Of a DNA stretch of 64,000 nucleotides, positions 62,332-64,000 are shown piece after piece. The stretch is from the NCBI GenBank assembly GCA_041600755.1, contig JBFIJL010000004.1, positions 10,612 through 74,611 of the forward strand. Direction: 5' to 3'. Source of the stretch: Candidatus Saccharimonadales bacterium (GTDB lineage Bacteria; Patescibacteriota; Saccharimonadia; Saccharimonadales; JAXHNE01). Under the pieces are notes generated by a model. The model ran no database searches. It saw nothing but the letters and a program-made list of their open reading frames with translations, and was not told the origin of the DNA. The position numbers were made by a program, and so were the translations under genes. Each line of letters begins with the position of its first letter. Within the stretch, counting starts at the first letter, position 1.

Positions 62332-62577
62332 TGCCAATAATTATACCCAAGTTAAAATTTTCTGCCATGCACAACAACATGCCCAGCGACTTACTATCGC
62401 TCAACGAGCCGCATACCATTTTTCAAATTTAATCTAGGGAAATCTGCTCAGGGTCATGATGCTGGATTTCATCAACAGGCGCATCCTGAGCAGCTGCCGT
62501 TATATTAAACTGTCCGAGTGCTTCATTCGCCTGACTGACCTTCTTTTGGTTTCCAGTAATAAATAATATTTCACTGC

Positions 62578-62976
62578 TCATAGCGACACAATTACCTCGT
62601 GGAGATTTTGTGGAACTAGCTCTATGGCTTCAGTTTTTGATACCCAGCGCGACTCAAGATGCTCAGAACTGACCGTGATGTCATCGGGAAAATCCGCAGT
62701 AACTTTGTAGAAAACAAGTGCAAGGCCGTTGTGCTCAGGCAGCTCACGTGGAAGCCGAAATGCATGGAGCAGATCACCAATCTCGATATTACTAATTCCA
62801 GGTAGCTCTTCTTGAAGTTCACGTATTAGCGCCTGATGCATTGTTTCGTCGCGATCGATTCGACCACCAGGAAACTCCCAGCGCTCACCCCTGTTCTCAT
62901 CAGGATTTGTTCGCAGAATTAGCAATTTATCGTTGCTAACCACCACGCCTTTGACACCAACCCAAAATAAGTCCAT
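62578..62976 (-). CDS. NUDIX hydrolase
   Basis: Nudix box GGRIDRDETMHQALIRELQEELPG. Confidence 0.85.
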   Translation of the reverse strand: MDLFWVGVKGVVVSNDKLLILRTNPDENRGERWEFPGGRIDRDETMHQALIRELQEELPGISNIEIGDLLHAFRLPRELPEHNGLALVFYKVTADFPDDITVSSEHLESRWVSKTEAIELVPQNLHEVIVSL

Positions 62977-62979
62977 TGC

Positions 62980-64000
62980 CTACAGGTCTCCCCAATTCTT
63001 GCCTATTGTGGTGTCTACTGTGAGTTTTACTGGTAGATCGTAGACGCTTTCCATTGTTTGCTTTAGCATTTTTGCCACATCTTCGGCTTTGTTTTCTGGG
63101 CACTCAACCAAAATACTGTCGTGAATCTGTAAAAGTTGCTTTGCATTAAAACCTGGCAACTTTTCATTCACCATTACCATTGCCATCTTCATAAGGTCGG
63201 CTTCTGTGCCCTGGATTGGCATGTTTATTGCAGCGCGCTCGGCGCCTTGGCGAACCATAAAATTGCTTGAATGAATGTCGGGCATTGGCCGCCGGCGACC
63301 AAACAATGTTTCTACGTAGCCATCTTTGCGTGCCGACTCCTTGAGGGCGGTCGTGTAGTCCAAGATTGGTTTTCGGATTTCAAAATATTTGTCGATAAAT
63401 GACTTGGCCGCCTCGTACGTCATGCCAGTTGCCTGAACTAACCCATGCGGACTCATGCCATACAACACGCCAAAATTAATAACCTTGGCATCACGGCGCA
63501 TTTGCTTGGTCACATCCTCTGGTTGGCGGCCATAGACTTGGGCGGCGGTGGCGGTGTGAATATCTGCTCCGTCGTTAAACATTTTTATCAGCTCTTTGTC
63601 GTTGGCTAGGTGTGCCGCAAGTCGTAGCTCGAACTGCGAATAGTCAGCGCTGACCAACATGTGCTTAGGTCGTGCGACGAATGCCGTTCTAATTCGCCGA
63701 CCAAGGTCGGTCCGAGTTGGAATATTCTGCAAGTTTGGATCATTGCTACTCAAGCGCCCTGTCTGAGCAACGGTTAGAGCAAAAGTGGTGTGCAGACGCG
63801 AGTCTTCGTCTACTTGCTTTGGCAAGGTGTCCACATAAGTGCTTTTAAGCTTGGCAACTTCACGGTACTTGGTAATTAGGTCAATGATTGGGTGCTGAGC
63901 GCGCAGTTTGTCCAGCTCTTTGGCAGCAGTTGAAAATCCTGTTTTGCCCTTCTTGATTCCGGCAGTTGGGAGGCCTAAATCTTCAAACAATATATCTGCA
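62980..64000 (-). CDS. polA: DNA polymerase I, C-terminal polymerase domain (gene continues beyond the right edge)
   Basis: Motif A region (MLVSADYSQFELR), motif B (RRDAKVINFGVLYGMS), motif C (LLQIHDSILVE). No start codon within the window. Confidence 0.9.
   Translation of the reverse strand, partial: ADILFEDLGLPTAGIKKGKTGFSTAAKELDKLRAQHPIIDLITKYREVAKLKSTYVDTLPKQVDEDSRLHTTFALTVAQTGRLSSNDPNLQNIPTRTDLGRRIRTAFVARPKHMLVSADYSQFELRLAAHLANDKELIKMFNDGADIHTATAAQVYGRQPEDVTKQMRRDAKVINFGVLYGMSPHGLVQATGMTYEAAKSFIDKYFEIRKPILDYTTALKESARKDGYVETLFGRRRPMPDIHSSNFMVRQGAERAAINMPIQGTEADLMKMAMVMVNEKLPGFNAKQLLQIHDSILVECPENKAEDVAKMLKQTMESVYDLPVKLTVDTTIGKNWGDL

Noticed and set aside
1-64000. CRISPR arrays, transposases, restriction-modification or toxin-antitoxin cassettes, alternative genetic code
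   Set aside because: - No regularly spaced short repeats were seen.
- No DDE/IS-type ORFs and no methyltransferase or nuclease pairs were seen.
- Long uninterrupted ORFs with TGA, TAA and TAG all used as stops indicate the standard bacterial code.

Overview
Gene-dense 64-kb chromosomal window read with the standard genetic code; most genes are on the minus strand. Housekeeping and translation genes dominate: infC-rpmI-rplT, rpmB, rpsF-ssb-rpsR, rpsO-pnp, rpsT, thrS, efp, miaA, queA, tgt, truB, tlyA, ychF, rnj, ftsK, polA, holA, mutM, nrdR and ndk. There are four tRNAs (Val-GAC, Thr-CGU, Asp-GUC, Arg-CCU). An RNase P RNA lies under a spurious ORF of the six-frame track. One ~14-kb minus-strand type IV pilus operon (pilM/N/O-like, pilB, pilT, pilC, pilA, pilD, four prepilin-like genes) has no secretin and is led by two unannotatable genes, one an 818-aa secreted Cys-rich protein. 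The Gram-positive-style pilus, the lack of biosynthetic operons and the many proteins with basic or low-complexity tails suggest a reduced-genome Patescibacteria/CPR (Saccharibacteria-like) bacterium; this is inference only. The least ordinary observations: (1) four loci (tRNA-Val, tRNA-Asp, tRNA-Arg, ychF) where the 3' end of a gene is duplicated 130-1250 bp downstream, across a short structured or cargo-bearing insert. (2) The uncharacterised lead genes of the pilus operon. (3) A candidate short T-box leader on thrS whose UGGA bulge matches the U73 of the tRNA-Thr in this window. (4) ORF-free promoter-to-terminator units (1459-1637 minus, 2485-2640 plus, 15298-15521 plus) that look like small RNA or micro-protein genes. 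(5) A PCD/DCoH-RNase H fusion gene abutting rnpB. No CRISPR array, intact transposase or intact prophage was seen.
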